From NCBI RefSeq assembly GCF_006345805.1, contig NC_043006.1:81654001-81718000 (forward strand): 64,000 nt of DNA. The letters are read 5' to 3'. A program made the translations under genes and the position numbers. The notes below the pieces were generated by a model that was not told where the DNA came from, ran no database searches, and worked only from the letters and a program-made list of their open reading frames with translations. Within the stretch, counting starts at the first letter, position 1. Each line of letters starts with the position of its first letter. This DNA comes from Octopus sinensis (lineage: Eukaryota). This document shows, one piece after another, positions 12,131 through 25,792 of this stretch.

Positions 12131-13614
12131 AATGTCATCACGGTTTATTTGGGTGGTAGACTTAACCTGTCGCTCAGTTTAACCCCAACACCTAGTCATT
12201 AAGTATCTTTAAGAAAATCCACTTTGCTGCTTGCATTCTTGTAGACCGTTTTCAGGATACTTTCCTGCTTCTTATGAACTTTGGAAGCTCTCAAAAATGG
12301 GTCATGGTCACTACCTTCCTCCCTGACTAAAAGATACGCCCCACGCAACAAAACAAATCCTGATGCAGTCGACTTTCCCTTTCAATCGATGAAATGTTTA
12401 TCTGGCATATATTGTGGCGGATTAGATTGGATGTACTCTCACCAAATTTTCTTGAAATTACGTTATAAATCATCGTATTCCGTTGTTAGATTTATATATT
12501 ATATCTTATGGTTGAAAGCACCAATGAATTAGTCGTGTCATTGAAGATTGTTTCATCAACATTCATTTGCTTATCCATGTACGTTGCCAGGAGTTAGTTG
12601 CATTTCTGAGCAGAGAAATTTACAATTTTACTTTACGCGTTCAGTCTTATCTAGCTGACAAAAAAATAGGTAGGTACCAAATTATAAGGAAATATTGTCA
12701 GCCATAGATGTGTCTCATCTACTTCACGCCCTGAAATAGAAACTAAACCATTACTGTTCCCAACTCTTGTGGCATTGTTTTGTCAATTGGCAGCAGCATT
12801 AAAAAATGAAGAATCGCTGCTTGATCTTATACATGCTTATTTACACCTACAGCTTATCAGTAAAGCTTCTACGCAAACAAAGCAATTGTTTATGGTGTGA
12901 TTGGGAGCAGTAATAAATAACAATATCTAACTTCATCCTGCAGCAATAAATAACGCTTAACTTCATCCTGGAGCTGTTATAAGTATGACCCACTGACATT
13001 TGCCCTAGCCTCACCAGATTGATTTTGTTTCAGCAACGCAGTCAATCGGTATATCTACAACATAAACATATATATTTCTTTGAAGTCGGGAACTCTAATT
13101 AATTCAGTGATTGTAATTTTTATTTCACTTGTCAATAAATTTTATATAATGCTAATGAATCTCACAGCTGACGAGTCTCACAGCTGATGAGATCGTGGTG
13201 CATTTAGCTTGACAGAGGTCTTACATTTTGAGGTTATATTCGAACATGAAGATGAACTTGACAACTTATGTTCTCGTTAATTCTATAATGCCAACGTTCA
13301 TGACAGCACTGATTCCCGCTATGCCATTGTTGCCTACATAAAACGATATAAACAAGGCCTTCGAGAGTTATCTACCCAAAACTCCGAGTGAATTAACGAC
13401 TTATAAATTAACTTCAAACAAGCAAATGGAGATATTTAATGTCTGATCAGGGGTCACACTTATAATGAAATAAACACAACGATAGATAGAATGACAAATT
13501 GAATCAGCGGTTAGGTTTCGATTCCCTGGAGAGAAACAAGCTTCAATTATATAGTTTATTATCTTTGGAAATACGTTTAGCTTTCCCATTCGCTCTCTCC
13601 TTCTCCTTCTGTTT

Positions 13615-13672
<58 letters not shown>

Positions 13673-13771
13673 TTTCACAAAATTCACAGTGTTCCTTCTT
13701 TTCGAAAATATCTCTGGAAGTAATTCGTTTGCACAATACAAAAAGAGAAAGTGTGAGAAGCAGGAGCAGAC

Positions 13772-13809
<38 letters not shown>

Positions 13810-15135
13810 GCTGGGTGAAAGCGGGAGGGGAGGACTGTGAGGTATAGGTAGTTTCACAGGGTAGGAGGAAGAAAATGATTAAGAGAAGAAGGAAGACGAG
13901 AAGAGAGAAAGATAACGTCGTATTGAAGGGAATAGATTAATTTCAGATGGATGGTTGGATGGATGGACAGACGGACGGACGGATGTATAGGCGGGCGGAC
14001 TGACTGACGGACGGATGGACGGACGAATAGATGATTTGGTTGATAAATGAAGAAATATAAGAACGGTGAGATAAAGATAGAATCAAACGAAAAATTGCTA
14101 TGGTATCAAGTGTAGTTTTGATGTCGCAATAGTATGATATCAGATATCTATGGTCTTATTCTGCTTAATCAATATTCATGTGCGTGCGTACACAAGCGTT
14201 CACATATATACACACACATACATGCATATGTAGGTATGCATTCATGTATGTATGTATGTATAGATTATGTGTGTGTGTCTATGTGTATGAGTATGTGTGT
14301 GTGTGTATGTGCGTTTCTATGTATGTACGTATGTATTCATTCACTGTGGAGACAGCTGTTCCATAATCACTAAATAGATTCATTTATATGTGCTGTGTAC
14401 GTGTTTGCATGCCTGCATATATACCTGACTACACTTTGTGCATAGAAAACTGATATGAACTACTCAAAAGAGAAAGAGGGAGAGAGTCAAGATATTGTGT
14501 TCCTATATGTATGTCTGTAGGTGTATTGCTTTGTGGAGAGAGCTAGAAATAGAAACTAAGAGAAAAAAGGAAAAAGAATGTGAAAGATTGAGTTAGTATA
14601 TACGATCATTTTGTGTTTTGTTCCAGAGAGATTGATTTGGTTTGGTTTGGTTTGGTTTGGTGGACAGTCACTACTGAAGTGGTGTCAAGTATATTCGGTA
14701 GCTTGGAAAGAGTGTTTCATCTCCCAAGGAAGCTAACTGTATGTTTCGTGTTTGTGAAGCTAGGATCAACAGTTGTTTACTCCGAAAAGCTCAATACTTT
14801 TTCGTAGAAACTTAATGGGTTGACTGGGACTGTAAATTCAGCGACTTGCAACTTATTCACATATGAAGTACCATTGCTGAATAATTGAATAAGCCACAAA
14901 CTCAAATCTTGGATTCTAGTCAGTTCAGTATATAACATATGTACATGTGTTTCGAGTAATTATGTAAGAGTACTTACGTAATACCTTCCTCAGTCAAGAC
15001 TTTTCAACATGCACATACATAGAGAATAAAAACGGGTAATACACTACTCAAAACATGAGTATAAATATGTGTGTGTGTGTGTTTAGTTTTAATCGGCAGA
15101 AATTACAAGGTGACTCAAGGACCGAGATTTTCGTG

Positions 15136-15182
<47 letters not shown>

Positions 15183-15365
15183 CTAATGAAAATCACTGCT
15201 TAGAGTTTACGTTCTTCATTTGATGTGTGTACGAATACAACAATAACGTTAAATATCTGAGATAAAATGAGTTCTCTGCTTTGAACTAAAACACATGCAA
15301 GCGTACCAGCATGTGTGTGCGTACGAGTGTGTGAGGGGGTACATATGCAGACACACACACACACA

Positions 15366-15440
15366 CACTAATACATCTATCTGTTTGTTGTTTACACACT
15401 CGTCTTCGTCTTTTGTTTTTATTTGTAAATTCTAACGATA
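15366..15440 (+). mobile_element. 3' tail only of the variant-hammerhead PLE-like family (see 29965, 46987, 50522)
   Basis: TAATACATCTATCTGTTTGTTGTTTACACACTCGTCTTCGTCTTTTGTTTTT matches the tail of those copies; flanked by CA and TA repeats. Confidence 0.75.
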
Positions 15441-15639
15441 TATGTATATATATACATACATACGTATATATAGGCATGTATGCATGGAATTGTATATATA
15501 TATATACATATATATATATATGTATGTATATATGTATTTATAAGTATGTATGTATATGTATTTATATATGTATGGATATGTACATATATATGTATATATA
15601 TATATATATGTATAGAACTTAGATATGTTTCGACCAAAG

Positions 15640-15872
15640 ATTGGTCCAGGCCATGTCTAACTTAATAGCACCACCTGATAGGATTATCTAAATCCTGTCT
15701 AAGTCAAGTTTTGTTTATGGTCCATTCAAGTAGTGAGTTTTTGTTGGGTGAGTTGTATCCAATTATGGGTGGCTTATCTGGTATTCCTTGAAGGAATCTA
15801 TCCAGACTCCGTTTAAAGTTGATGGGATCCTTTTCTTCTTTGATCTCTTTCGGGACAACGTTAAATAAGTAC
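15640..15872 (-). mobile_element. CR1-like LINE 3' end
   Basis: Minus translation LFNVVPKEIKEEKDPINFKRSLDRFLQGIPDKPPIIGYNSPNKNSLLEWT matches the CR1-group C-terminal pattern LFN.LP..I...FK..LD.FL..IPD.P...GY....NSL. Confidence 0.8.
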
Positions 15873-15985
15873 TAGTTCATTCAGAATGAACATTTAACAT
15901 TCTATTATTTTATTTAATCTTATATTATATCATTATAAGATTGTAAATAAAACGTGAAAATCAAACAAGGTTGGAATTCCTTTTA

Positions 15986-16021
<36 letters not shown>

Positions 16022-16337
16022 TGTGTGTGTGTGTGTATGTATGTATGGATCGATTGATGGATGGATGGATGGATGGCTGTATACCCAGATAGATATATTC
16101 AACTGATATCACCTAAAAATTTATAGAAATGCCTTCTTGTCCATTAAACTCTCTATAACACTCTTTTCTTTGTTCGTATGCACCTATACTGTTACGTGTA
16201 TGTATAAAACATTGTTATAAAGGTTATATTGAAGGTATGGTTGTTATACAAACTTATTCTCCCACCACACGTCTGATACAATGCATCTTTTTAAGAAATC
16301 GATATCAATTTTACGCAAGAACAATTGGGTAACTTAC

Positions 16338-16343
16338 CTTGGG
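16338..16343 (-). other. Candidate 6-nt microexon (CCCAAG)
   Basis: Minus strand ...ttttttaatgctttactaatttttgtacag|CCCAAG|gtaagt: branch-like TACTAAT, T tract, AG, perfect AAG|GTAAGT donor. Confidence 0.35.
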
Positions 16344-17244
16344 CTGTACAAAAATTAGTAAAGCATTAAAAAAAGCTGTTTGCAATGAATTGGCTTATTA
16401 TGATACTTTAGTTCTTCCGTATCGTTGAAAATTATGTAAATTTATAAACGATGTGACCTATTCTGTTGAAAGACAACTGTACAACGTCTAGCAGTTGAGA
16501 TAGAAACTAATTTATTGATTATTGACAAGTTTATGTACGTTAGGAATAAAATATCTCTTATCATAATGACTGGAGAAAGTCTTAAGACGTGACGAATCAA
16601 AAGATTTGAAAAATTTTCAGTGATAATTATAAAATGTAAAATTCGTAACGATGAATATTTATACTTTAAATTGCCATTAGTCCCAAAATGAAATGCTGTT
16701 ATTTGGTTTTTCTTTTTTTCCTTTCTTTTTTCTTTATTGTACTGAGATTGATGTTTGAATTAACGAAGAGGTTGTGATTTGGAAACATACACAGCGACAT
16801 TAGCAACAACACTAAATGAGATGACGTCAGCTGAAAATGGAAACTCGTTCCAAGTCTCAAATCTAGCAGCTTACATCTATATTAGTTACCTATCCCAGAC
16901 TCTCTTCTCTATTTCCATTTCGTGTTGTACTGCAGTTTCTCTCAGCCTGAAAAAAAAAACAGTGTGTAGTAGAAAAACCTCCAACTCTTCTTTCGATGCA
17001 TGCTATATGGTGAAATTAGGCAAATGGTAACCGTGTCTTTACGAAGCTTATGTTGTACCGCTTTTATTTTCAGTTACCGTCATCGTTTCGACCAGTGCAC
17101 ACTATATGTTTGGTGTTGAAACGTTAGTTAATTTGTAAAAAGTGTGGTTGGGGATACTGCATTTTGTACCAGACAGCTAAAAGAAAAGAGAGACATTTCA
17201 AGGCCCTTCTCTGTATTAGTGATTTCTGATTTTCTGATTTAAAC

Positions 17245-17440
17245 AGACAAGGCCAGCAGTTTGGAAAGATGGGGTTAATTCTCTACCATCGATTGTGATA
17301 CAGACTGATACTTTATTTTATTGACCACGCAGGGATGGAAGGTGTCTTTGACCTCGGCAGGAAGTAAAACTAGAACGTAAAGACCTGGACAAAGACGGCA
17401 AAGTAGTTTTCAACGTATTAACGGTTCTGCTAGCTTACTG
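17245..17440 (-). mobile_element. Decayed family A SINE
   Basis: TTTATTGACCACGCAGGGATGGAAGG..TTGACCTCGGCAGGAA..AGAACGTAAAGAC. Confidence 0.65.
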
Positions 17441-18016
17441 CTTCCCCCTTCTACGTTAATGATTCAAAAATTCTTTTCTTCCGTGAAATCGTTCTTTCTG
17501 TCGCCATAGACAAGTTTAAAATGTTTTAAAACCAATAATCTTTTGATATCATTTATAGATTTGTATGTACTTTGAGAAGCAATTCCAAAACAGAATTATT
17601 CTACGTTCTCTCGGAAATTTATAAATTCTTATATTTATGCCATCAACAGCGTATTTATTATTCTTTCTTGCAGAAAGAATAATGTTTCTAAAATGGATAA
17701 AGCAATTATTTGAATTGCTTTCTTACAATGATAAAAGGCCTGTCATGTCTACAGGAGATGTGGTTCGAGGCCTGTGAGCAACTTTCAACTTCTGTCCAAG
17801 AGGGATTTTCAAACCGATATTTACAAACCGATATGTTGTTATTTAAAGCTTTATGTGTACTTCGAGAACCAATTCCTAAAAATAATTATTCCTTTTTCTT
17901 ACGAAAGTTTATGAATTTTTATGACATCAATGCACACACTCACACACACAAACACACACACACACACACACATACACACACACACACACACATACAAACA
18001 CACATATATATATATA

Positions 18017-18218
18017 GGATCTTTTCGCTTTGACTGGCAGATTTTGAAAATAATTTCTTTGTAACTAAACACTTTTAAACTTCGTATACTGGTAGGATGT
18101 GTTTATAAAACATCTTTTTCTCTTGGCTTTCTTGAGAAAATTCTGTAGTTTGTAAGGTATTTCTTGTTTATTTTCTTGCATTTCGGCAATTTCAACCAAT
18201 CAATGACGTCTATTGAGG
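18017..18218 (-). mobile_element. Half copy (one TIR plus right arm) of the TTAGGG MITE
   Basis: Starts GGATCTTTTCGCTTTGACTGGCAG; reverse complement matches about 4695-4894. Confidence 0.85.
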
Positions 18219-18295
18219 TGAATTCAATTTCTGCCGGATCGTTGTCAACAGCAATAATTTCCGGTGTCATATGAAATACATACATATATACATTC

Positions 18296-18343
<48 letters not shown>

Positions 18344-18500
18344 GCGACGAGCTTTTTTCAGTTTCCGTCTACTAAACCTACTGTTGAGCTTTTGGTCGGC
18401 TCGAAGTTAAGGTAGAAAACACTTGCCCAAGGTGCTACGCAGTGGGACTGAACCCGAGCCATGTGGTTAGGAAGCAAACTTCTCACCACTCGGCCATATC
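18344..18500 (-). mobile_element. Family B SINE head
   Basis: CACTTGCCCAAGGTGCTACGCAGTGGGACTGAACCCG..CATGTGGTTAGGAAGCAAACTT. Confidence 0.8.
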
Positions 18501-18504
18501 AGCG

Positions 18505-18548
18505 TCTATACACACACACACAATTACACAAACACTCATACATACTTG

Positions 18549-18592
<44 letters not shown>

Positions 18593-18732
18593 TATATACG
18601 TGTGTATGTGTGTGTGTGTGTGTGTATCACAGTCTCCAATCCCTGTGTCTCACATACTTTCTGTAAATGTTTACCTTTATTTCTTCCTACGTACATGTGT
18701 GTGCTTGTATGTATGTATGTGTAGTGTGTATA

Positions 18733-18804
<72 letters not shown>

Positions 18805-18912
18805 CATCATAATCATCATCATCATAACATCGTATCACTCATATTTTCTGTGTATTCATCTGCTCGGTCTCACTCTTTGCCCCTCTGTTTAGTTTCCTCT
18901 CTGTCTCTCTAT

Positions 18913-18986
<74 letters not shown>

Positions 18987-18990
18987 GCCT
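18505..18990. repeat. (CA)/(TA)/(TG)/(CAT)/(CT) microsatellite block
   Basis: Direct. Confidence 0.9.
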
Positions 18991-20299
18991 ATCTGTTTGG
19001 GTGGCTTTTCTATCAATCAATCTATCCCACTTGATCAGTGATCAAATATGGAACATTAGCATTTACATTCCATCTTATTGCTTCTTTAGATTTCTGACAT
19101 TTGAAATAAAAACAAAATGAATAAAGCAACAAATAAATAAATATGTGAGTGTGCGTGTGTGAAGAAAGGAAGGAAGGAAGGAAGGAAGGAAGGAAGGAAG
19201 GAAAGAAAAAAGATGGAGGAGTGGTGCTAAAAGAACAGACAGCGGGGAGCGATATAATTTAGTATTCTCTGCACATAATCCTTATCTCCAGGATGAAGGG
19301 AGGAAAACCTTTTCTAGTTAAAGACTGGTGTATAGGAAGAAGATGAGAGAGTGTAAAGGATGGTGATGAAGGCGATGGCGAAAGAGCATCGTATTGAAAA
19401 TGCCTGTAGGTGGACAGCTAATTGGAAGGTTCTTGCAAGATGGATGAATTGAGTGAATTTACGATATTGTATGCTGCAATGGAGGACTAGAAATCGGATT
19501 TTCAAGTAAATAACCGTTGCCATATATGCGTGTGTGCGAGAGTCTGTATGACTATGTATGACTATGTATGTATGTATGTATGCATGCATGTATGTAATAT
19601 ATATAAAATATATAGTATATATAATATATATAAGATATACATAAGCATATACATATATAAATATATACAGAGAGAGATGGAGAGAGATAGATAAAAGGAG
19701 AGAGAAAAAGAGAGAGAAAAGGAGAGAGAGAGAGGAAGAGAGAGAGAGTTGATTATATTGCTGTCAGAATTTAACTGGTAATTCATTATATCGACCCCAT
19801 TACTGTTAAATTCAACTCCAGCGGATGTATAATTCACGAAGAAAAGTGTCTTAAATAGCCCATGGAATTTCTGCAGCGTTCTACCGAATCTGTCATTCTA
19901 AGAACCTAAAAGAGAGTACCTCCTTCTATGGAACTCCATTCACGCATCTTTTGCAAACCGGCTGAATACGTTACCGATAGCATCAAAGAAGTCCTGTAGA
20001 ACCATTATCCTGGTTAAGCAAATGTCAGTATTCAAAAAGGAGATCTGTGATTAATTTCATCTTCTCTTTCTTCATCTCCAGTTACTCTGCTTTGATGTCA
20101 CTTCTACATTTTCTTTCTCTTCCCCAGATATTTTAATTCATTCTTTCCCTTCTGCTCTGCCATATTACTTTCCTTCCTGTTTTACTGGTAATTAATTTGT
20201 ACCGATATATTTCGTACCAATATATTTTGTAAGGCGAATAGGACTCTTACTCAGATCCTTGTGAAGACCATTTCTCCCAACGTCTTTGCCCTACGAGGT

Positions 20300-21585
20300 A
20301 ATATTGGCTTCAAATTTTTACACAAGTCCAGCAATTTCAGAAGAGGTGCAAGACAAAGCCGACCACTAAGCATTTTGTCTAGTGTGCTAACGATTCTCGT
20401 CGCCTCAGTGTTGGTTTCAAATTTTGGCAGAAGATTAAACAATTTCGGGCTGGGGGTGGACTAAGTCGATTTTATCGAACCCAGTGTTCAACTGGTATTT
20501 ATTGTATCGATCTCAGAAAAGGTAAAACGCAACGTTATCCACGATGAAATTTGAACTCATAACCTAATTACAACGAAATGCCGCTAAGCATTTTGTCCGG
20601 CGTGTAAACGATTCTGCTAATCCACCGCCTCCTTGCTGCCTTAATATCAAAATTAATATATTGCCTCGTAGGATTTAAGGCAGTAAAGCTGGCAGAATCG
20701 TTAGCACGCCGGTCGAAATGCTTGCGGGCATTTCGTCTGTCATCCTTTCTGCCGTAGTTGATTTTACTTTCATCCTTTTGGAGTCAATAAGATAAGTACT
20801 AGTTTGAACACTGGAAGCAATTTAATCGACTTAGCCCCTCCCCAAAACATGCTGACCTGGTGCCAAAATTTGAAATCAATATTCTTTTCTACTCTAGGCA
20901 CAAGGCCCGAAATTTTTGTGGAGGGGGCCAGTCGATTAGATCGACTCCAGTACGCATCTGGTACTTAATTTATTGACCCCGAAAGGAGGAAAGGCAAAGT
21001 CGACCTCGGCGGAATTCGAACTGAGAACGTAAAGACAGACGAAATACCTATTTCTTTACTGTCCACAAGGGGCTACACACAAAGGGGAAAAACAAGGACA
21101 GACAAACGGATTAAATTGATTATATCGACCCCAGTGCGTAACTGGTACTTATTTAATCGACCCCGAAAGGATGAAAGGCAAAGTCGACCTCGGCGGAATT
21201 TGAATTCAGAACGTAAAGACAGACGAAATACCGCTAAGCATTTCGCCCAGCGTGCTAACGTTTCTTCCAGCTCACCGCCTTATTTGAAATCAATATTACC
21301 TCCTAGAAAGGCAGTGGGCTTGCAGAATCGTTAGCACGCAGGGCAAAATACTTACCGGCATTTCGCTTGTCTTTACGTTCTGAGTTCAAATTCCTATGCT
21401 GTAATATTAATTTCGATATTAAAACGACGAGAATCATTAGCATACAGGCCAAAATGCTTAACGGTCGACTTTCATCCTTTTGGAATCGATAAAATAAGTA
21501 CCAGTTGAGCACTGGAGTTGACGTAATCGACTTCCTTCCTCCTTCCAAATTGCTGGCGTTGTGCCAACATTTGAAGCCAATATTA
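20300..21585. mobile_element. Family A SINE cluster in alternating orientations (- 20300-20640, + 20678-20880, - 20884-21281, + 21307-21585)
   Basis: Head and Meta-domain motifs on both strands. Confidence 0.85.
20884..21281 (-). mobile_element. Dimeric family A SINE flanked by 16-bp TSD
   Basis: Full monomer fused to a headless second monomer with a different tail; ATTTGAAATCAATATT at 20868-20883 and 21282-21297. Confidence 0.85.
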
Positions 21586-22067
21586 ATTACGATATTTTTG
21601 ACAAACATTATCAAGTGATAAAATTGTCTGTCTTAGGTTTCCGGTGATAATTTGATAAGTAACTGGTGGGGTAAGTTCAATTGTCAATGGTTCTCTCGAA
21701 AGAATTTGTTGCTTTTTACCTAATTAGAAATAAATATTGTCTGGCTGACGATTCGTGTTAAATTAATATATTGTAACGAACAGTTAATGTGTCAGATTAT
21801 GCACAAATTAACTAAGGATAAAAGAGAAAATAAGCATTTCCGTAATAGCGTCATAAATGAGAACTGTAGCGGGGGAGGAACCACGTGGAGAAATGGCCTG
21901 CCTACATAGTTTACTTAGAAATTATTGACATATTTGACATTCTCTACACGGCCTTCATGATTTGTGATGTAGGAATCTGTAAACTGTGAGTAAAACTTTG
22001 CAGTGAATATTCGAATTTAACGAAAGAAATATTCATTTCAGCATGCACCATTGTTAAAAAGAAAATA

Positions 22068-22524
22068 TCTATTATACAAAATCCGTTCTGTCTATCTGTG
22101 TGTGTGTGTCTTCTAGGATTTCGAGCATCCTCCATCCGATTGCGCTCAAATTTGATATGTAGATACCGACGGTACCAGGGCGTGTATAAGTCTTGAAAAA
22201 ATTACAAAAATCGACTCCAGGTGAGAATGCGATCGATAAAGCCGCGGGAACGGGCATAAGTACGCGCAAGTACATCAGCTGTTGCGATGTACCTACTGGT
22301 ACTTTGAACTCTTCGGTTGCATATTTGTGTGAATAAAATCGGTTTTCTTTGGAATAGAAAAGTGTATCTTTATTTGTTCTTTTGCTGGTGTCTCAAATCT
22401 AGGTTAAATCAGTGTTTCTAAAAAGGGGAGGCCTATGGGACGGTCGGACAAGTTGTTTTGAGAAAATTTGGTTTAAATGTTTGACAACTCAGCACCGTCC
22501 ATTGGACGGGGGTCGTTTTTCTCG
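22068..22524 (+). mobile_element. Non-autonomous Helitron-like element
   Basis: A|TC 5' end (TCTATTATACAAAATCCG..(TG)n), subterminal hairpin CCGTCCA-T-TGGACGG at 22495-22509, 3' end CTCG|T (canonical CTRR). Confidence 0.65.
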
Positions 22525-23076
22525 TACATGTATATTATTGGAGCCTACAGTTTATTCGTTAGCTTCTAGTTGTAAGCGTTTAACTACTTAACAGCGAACA
22601 ATTAGAGTTTAACTGCATAATGAGAGCTGCTGAAATATTCAGTAATATTAAGGGTTAAACTGAAAACCTTATAATGAGTAGGAGGGGTTTTCTTCTGACT
22701 ACGGAGAGTTCGATGCTGGATGTACAATGTAAACCATTTATTAAAGGATTTGTGTAGTACCGTTCCATCTTTATTATGTTTTTCAAAACTAATGATAACC
22801 TGGAGTCGCTGTTCTCTATATGAATTCTGTGGCCACCCTCTTCAAACCTTAAAACACCAGTAACGCTTCAAAGAATCGCTCGGGGTTATCAGCCGTTGAT
22901 TCTTGCATGACAAAACTTGTATGACATCAGTTATTATATCGACCTCAGTATCGATCTCTTACATTATTTTTTTTTTTACCCGGACAGAATAGTTGACCTC
23001 GACATAATGAACTGAAGCTAAAAAGTGCAATGCAATTTTTGGGACGCTCTAACTATTCAGACACCCATCTCATGTA

Positions 23077-23289
23077 TCTTTTATCGGTTTCAGTCATTAG
23101 ACCGCGGCCATGCTGGGGCACCGCCTGGAATTTTTAGTCGAATGAATCGACTCTAGTACTTATTTTTTAAAGCCTGGTTCTTATTCTTTCGGTCATTTTC
23201 GCCGAACCCCTAGGTTAGGGACCGCAAACACACAGAAGCCAGTTGTCAAGCGGGGGTGGGGACAAACGCAGGTACAAACACACACATTG

Positions 23290-23320
<31 letters not shown>

Positions 23321-23486
23321 ATAATGTATATATGTGACGGGTTTCTTTCAGTTTCTGACAACCAAGTCCACTCACAAGGCTTTGGTCGGACCGAGGTTAC
23401 AGCAGAAGACAATTGCCCAAGGTGCTACACGGTGGAACTGAACACGGAACTACGTGGCTGGGAAGCAAACTTCTAACCACACAACC
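23077..23486 (-). mobile_element. Family B SINE
   Basis: Full head, body and tail on the minus strand with internal (TA)n. Confidence 0.85.
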
Positions 23487-23906
23487 TAATTCTTTATATT
23501 AATGCTACATTTCTTATTAGAACACAAAATTGTTGATTGTTATGCTGTTTCTTTCATTTGTGTTAATTCTTTTAAATATCCAGCAAGCGGCTAAATTACA
23601 ACGATGAAATCCTTTGTAGTTAATACCTTGATTTTTTTAAAAGAATAGCGTGTAAAAGACCTCTGAGAGAAAATTTACAAGATGGAGCTACTTTTCATCT
23701 GGGGTCCATCTGTAAAGGTTGGGTTGGGGCTCTTTACCTACCTAGTCAAAAATTCTCAGGCCCCAGGCCAGTGCACCGGTTTTGACCATATCCAACCATC
23801 TCACATAGTCGTCAAGCGTAACAGCTGCATAAAATACATTTGCAGATTTTGGTTAGCCCCAGAACACATTTGTTTGTGTAGAAGATTCGATTCCGCAAAA
23901 ATCTAA

Positions 23907-23941
<35 letters not shown>

Positions 23942-23943
<2 letters not shown>

Positions 23944-24140
23944 TGTTATTCTTTTATTCTTTTATTTGTTTCTGTCATTTGAATGCAGTCATGCTGGAGC
24001 ATCGCTTTTAGTCGAAGAAATCGACCTCAGGACTTACACTTTGTAAGCCTAATACTTATTCTATCGTTCTCTTTTGCCGAACCGCTAATTTTCGATGACG
24101 TAAACACACCAACATTGGTTGTCAAGCAATGGTGGGGGAT

Positions 24141-24193
<53 letters not shown>

Positions 24194-24372
24194 TATATGT
24201 ATATATATACGACGGGCTTCTTTCAGTTTTCGTCTACCAAATCCACTTACAAGGCTTTAGTCGGCCCGTGGCTGTAGTAGAAGACACTTGCTGAAGCTGC
24301 CACTCAGTGAGACTGAACCTGGAAACATGTAGCTGGGAAGCAAGCATCTGACCACACAGCCACGCCTATGCC
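23942..24372 (-). mobile_element. Family B SINE
   Basis: As above, with internal (CA)n. Confidence 0.85.
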
Positions 24373-24560
24373 TCTATGTGTAAATATTCTTTTTTATATA
24401 ACTTTTACCTGTTCCAGCCACATGTTGTAGTTACACAGGTTGATCGCTGTTGGTGATTTCAAATTTCTTCTCTACAACCTCGCTCTGTATTTGGATTTGG
24501 TAAATGAAGGACTTAGACATCGCTACACTTCTTCTCGTTTCTTGCCGTAACTTGGGTTGG

Positions 24561-24608
<48 letters not shown>

Positions 24609-24624
24609 TATAAGAAACTATCTA

Positions 24625-25037
24625 GGATCTTTTCGGTTTGAACGGCAGTTTTTCTAGCGGTGTCATATGAAATTGTCACCCATAATTATTACCCTAGTAT
24701 CGATCTATTGCATTTCAATCTATTTTAGGGTTAGGGTTAGGGGTGGGGGAAGGGTATCTTTTTTCTTCACAAATGTAAATAAACCCAATCTGTTTCTTGA
24801 ACGAGGGACATATTCATACGGCACAGAATGATTTTTACCCCAATGGACGTCAGTGATTGGTTGAAATTGCAGAATTGAAGAAAAAAAACAACAAATATCT
24901 TACAAACCATAGAATTTTCTGAATAAAGCCAAGAGAAAAAGATGTTTTATAAACACATTCTACCAGTATACGAAGTTTAAAAGTGCTTAGTTACCTAGAA
25001 ATTATGTTAAAAACTGCCAGTCAAACCGAAAAGATCC
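24625..25037 (+). mobile_element. TTAGGG MITE, copy 2
   Basis: Same TIRs; 8-bp TSD ACTATCTA at 24617-24624 and 25038-25045. Confidence 0.95.
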
Positions 25038-25751
25038 ACTATCTAAGTATTTTTCGTAGTCACCAACATCTGCTTTGTGATTCTCTAAGATCTTCCAGCA
25101 AAATAGCAAAAAACTGTGGGCTCCTGAATCCTACGTTGTTATAATTCTGGATCACTATTCTCAATGGAAAGAATAAAATGGGTCCTTATTTTACATAGAC
25201 GAAAATAACTTAGCTAGTAAACGCGCATATCTCATTCATGAATAGATTTCATAATTAAAGATGCACACCGGCAAGTGTTGATGATATTTGTGCTATCGGC
25301 CAATACCTCTTGTGTTTAATAGTCGTGTCAGCGCCAAATATATATCAACACAGTAATAGCATTACATCAGCATCTATTTAAACTTACACAAGTATTCGCG
25401 TCGAAAACACGGGCGCTGTTGGCACACTGTTATTGACCTTGTTAAACTGTCCGCACGTAAATATAAGCAGCCCACTTGTGGGAAATATTGATGCAGACAT
25501 CTAATATTCTGTCTAGCTAGGATTAATTAAATTACTAAAATTAACTACCGAGATGTCTAATTTATTTCTGTTATAGCCATCCAATAAATAAACAATTAGC
25601 AGTCTGTCAGGGCGATTACTCTACCATGCTGCCTGCCGAACAGGCTGTCTATCGCCATGGCATTCTCTCAGTTTCTCTCTCATTATTCATTTATCTTTCT
25701 TTGTTTCCTTCTCTCTCTTTCTCTCTCTCTTTCTCTCTCTCATTCTAGTTC

Positions 25752-25786
<35 letters not shown>

Positions 25787-25792
25787 ATATAT

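Noticed and set aside
13160-13191. Tandem 16-mer TCTCACAGCTGA(C/T)GAG with two CTGANGA boxes
   Set aside because: No downstream GAAA or stem III; a simple local duplication.
17674-17773. Possible ATG-containing exon MFLKWIKQLFELLSYNDKRPVMSTGDVVRG
   Set aside because: Weak donor (CCT|gtgagc), no homology recognised, and joining it to the 35580 candidate gives an immediate stop.
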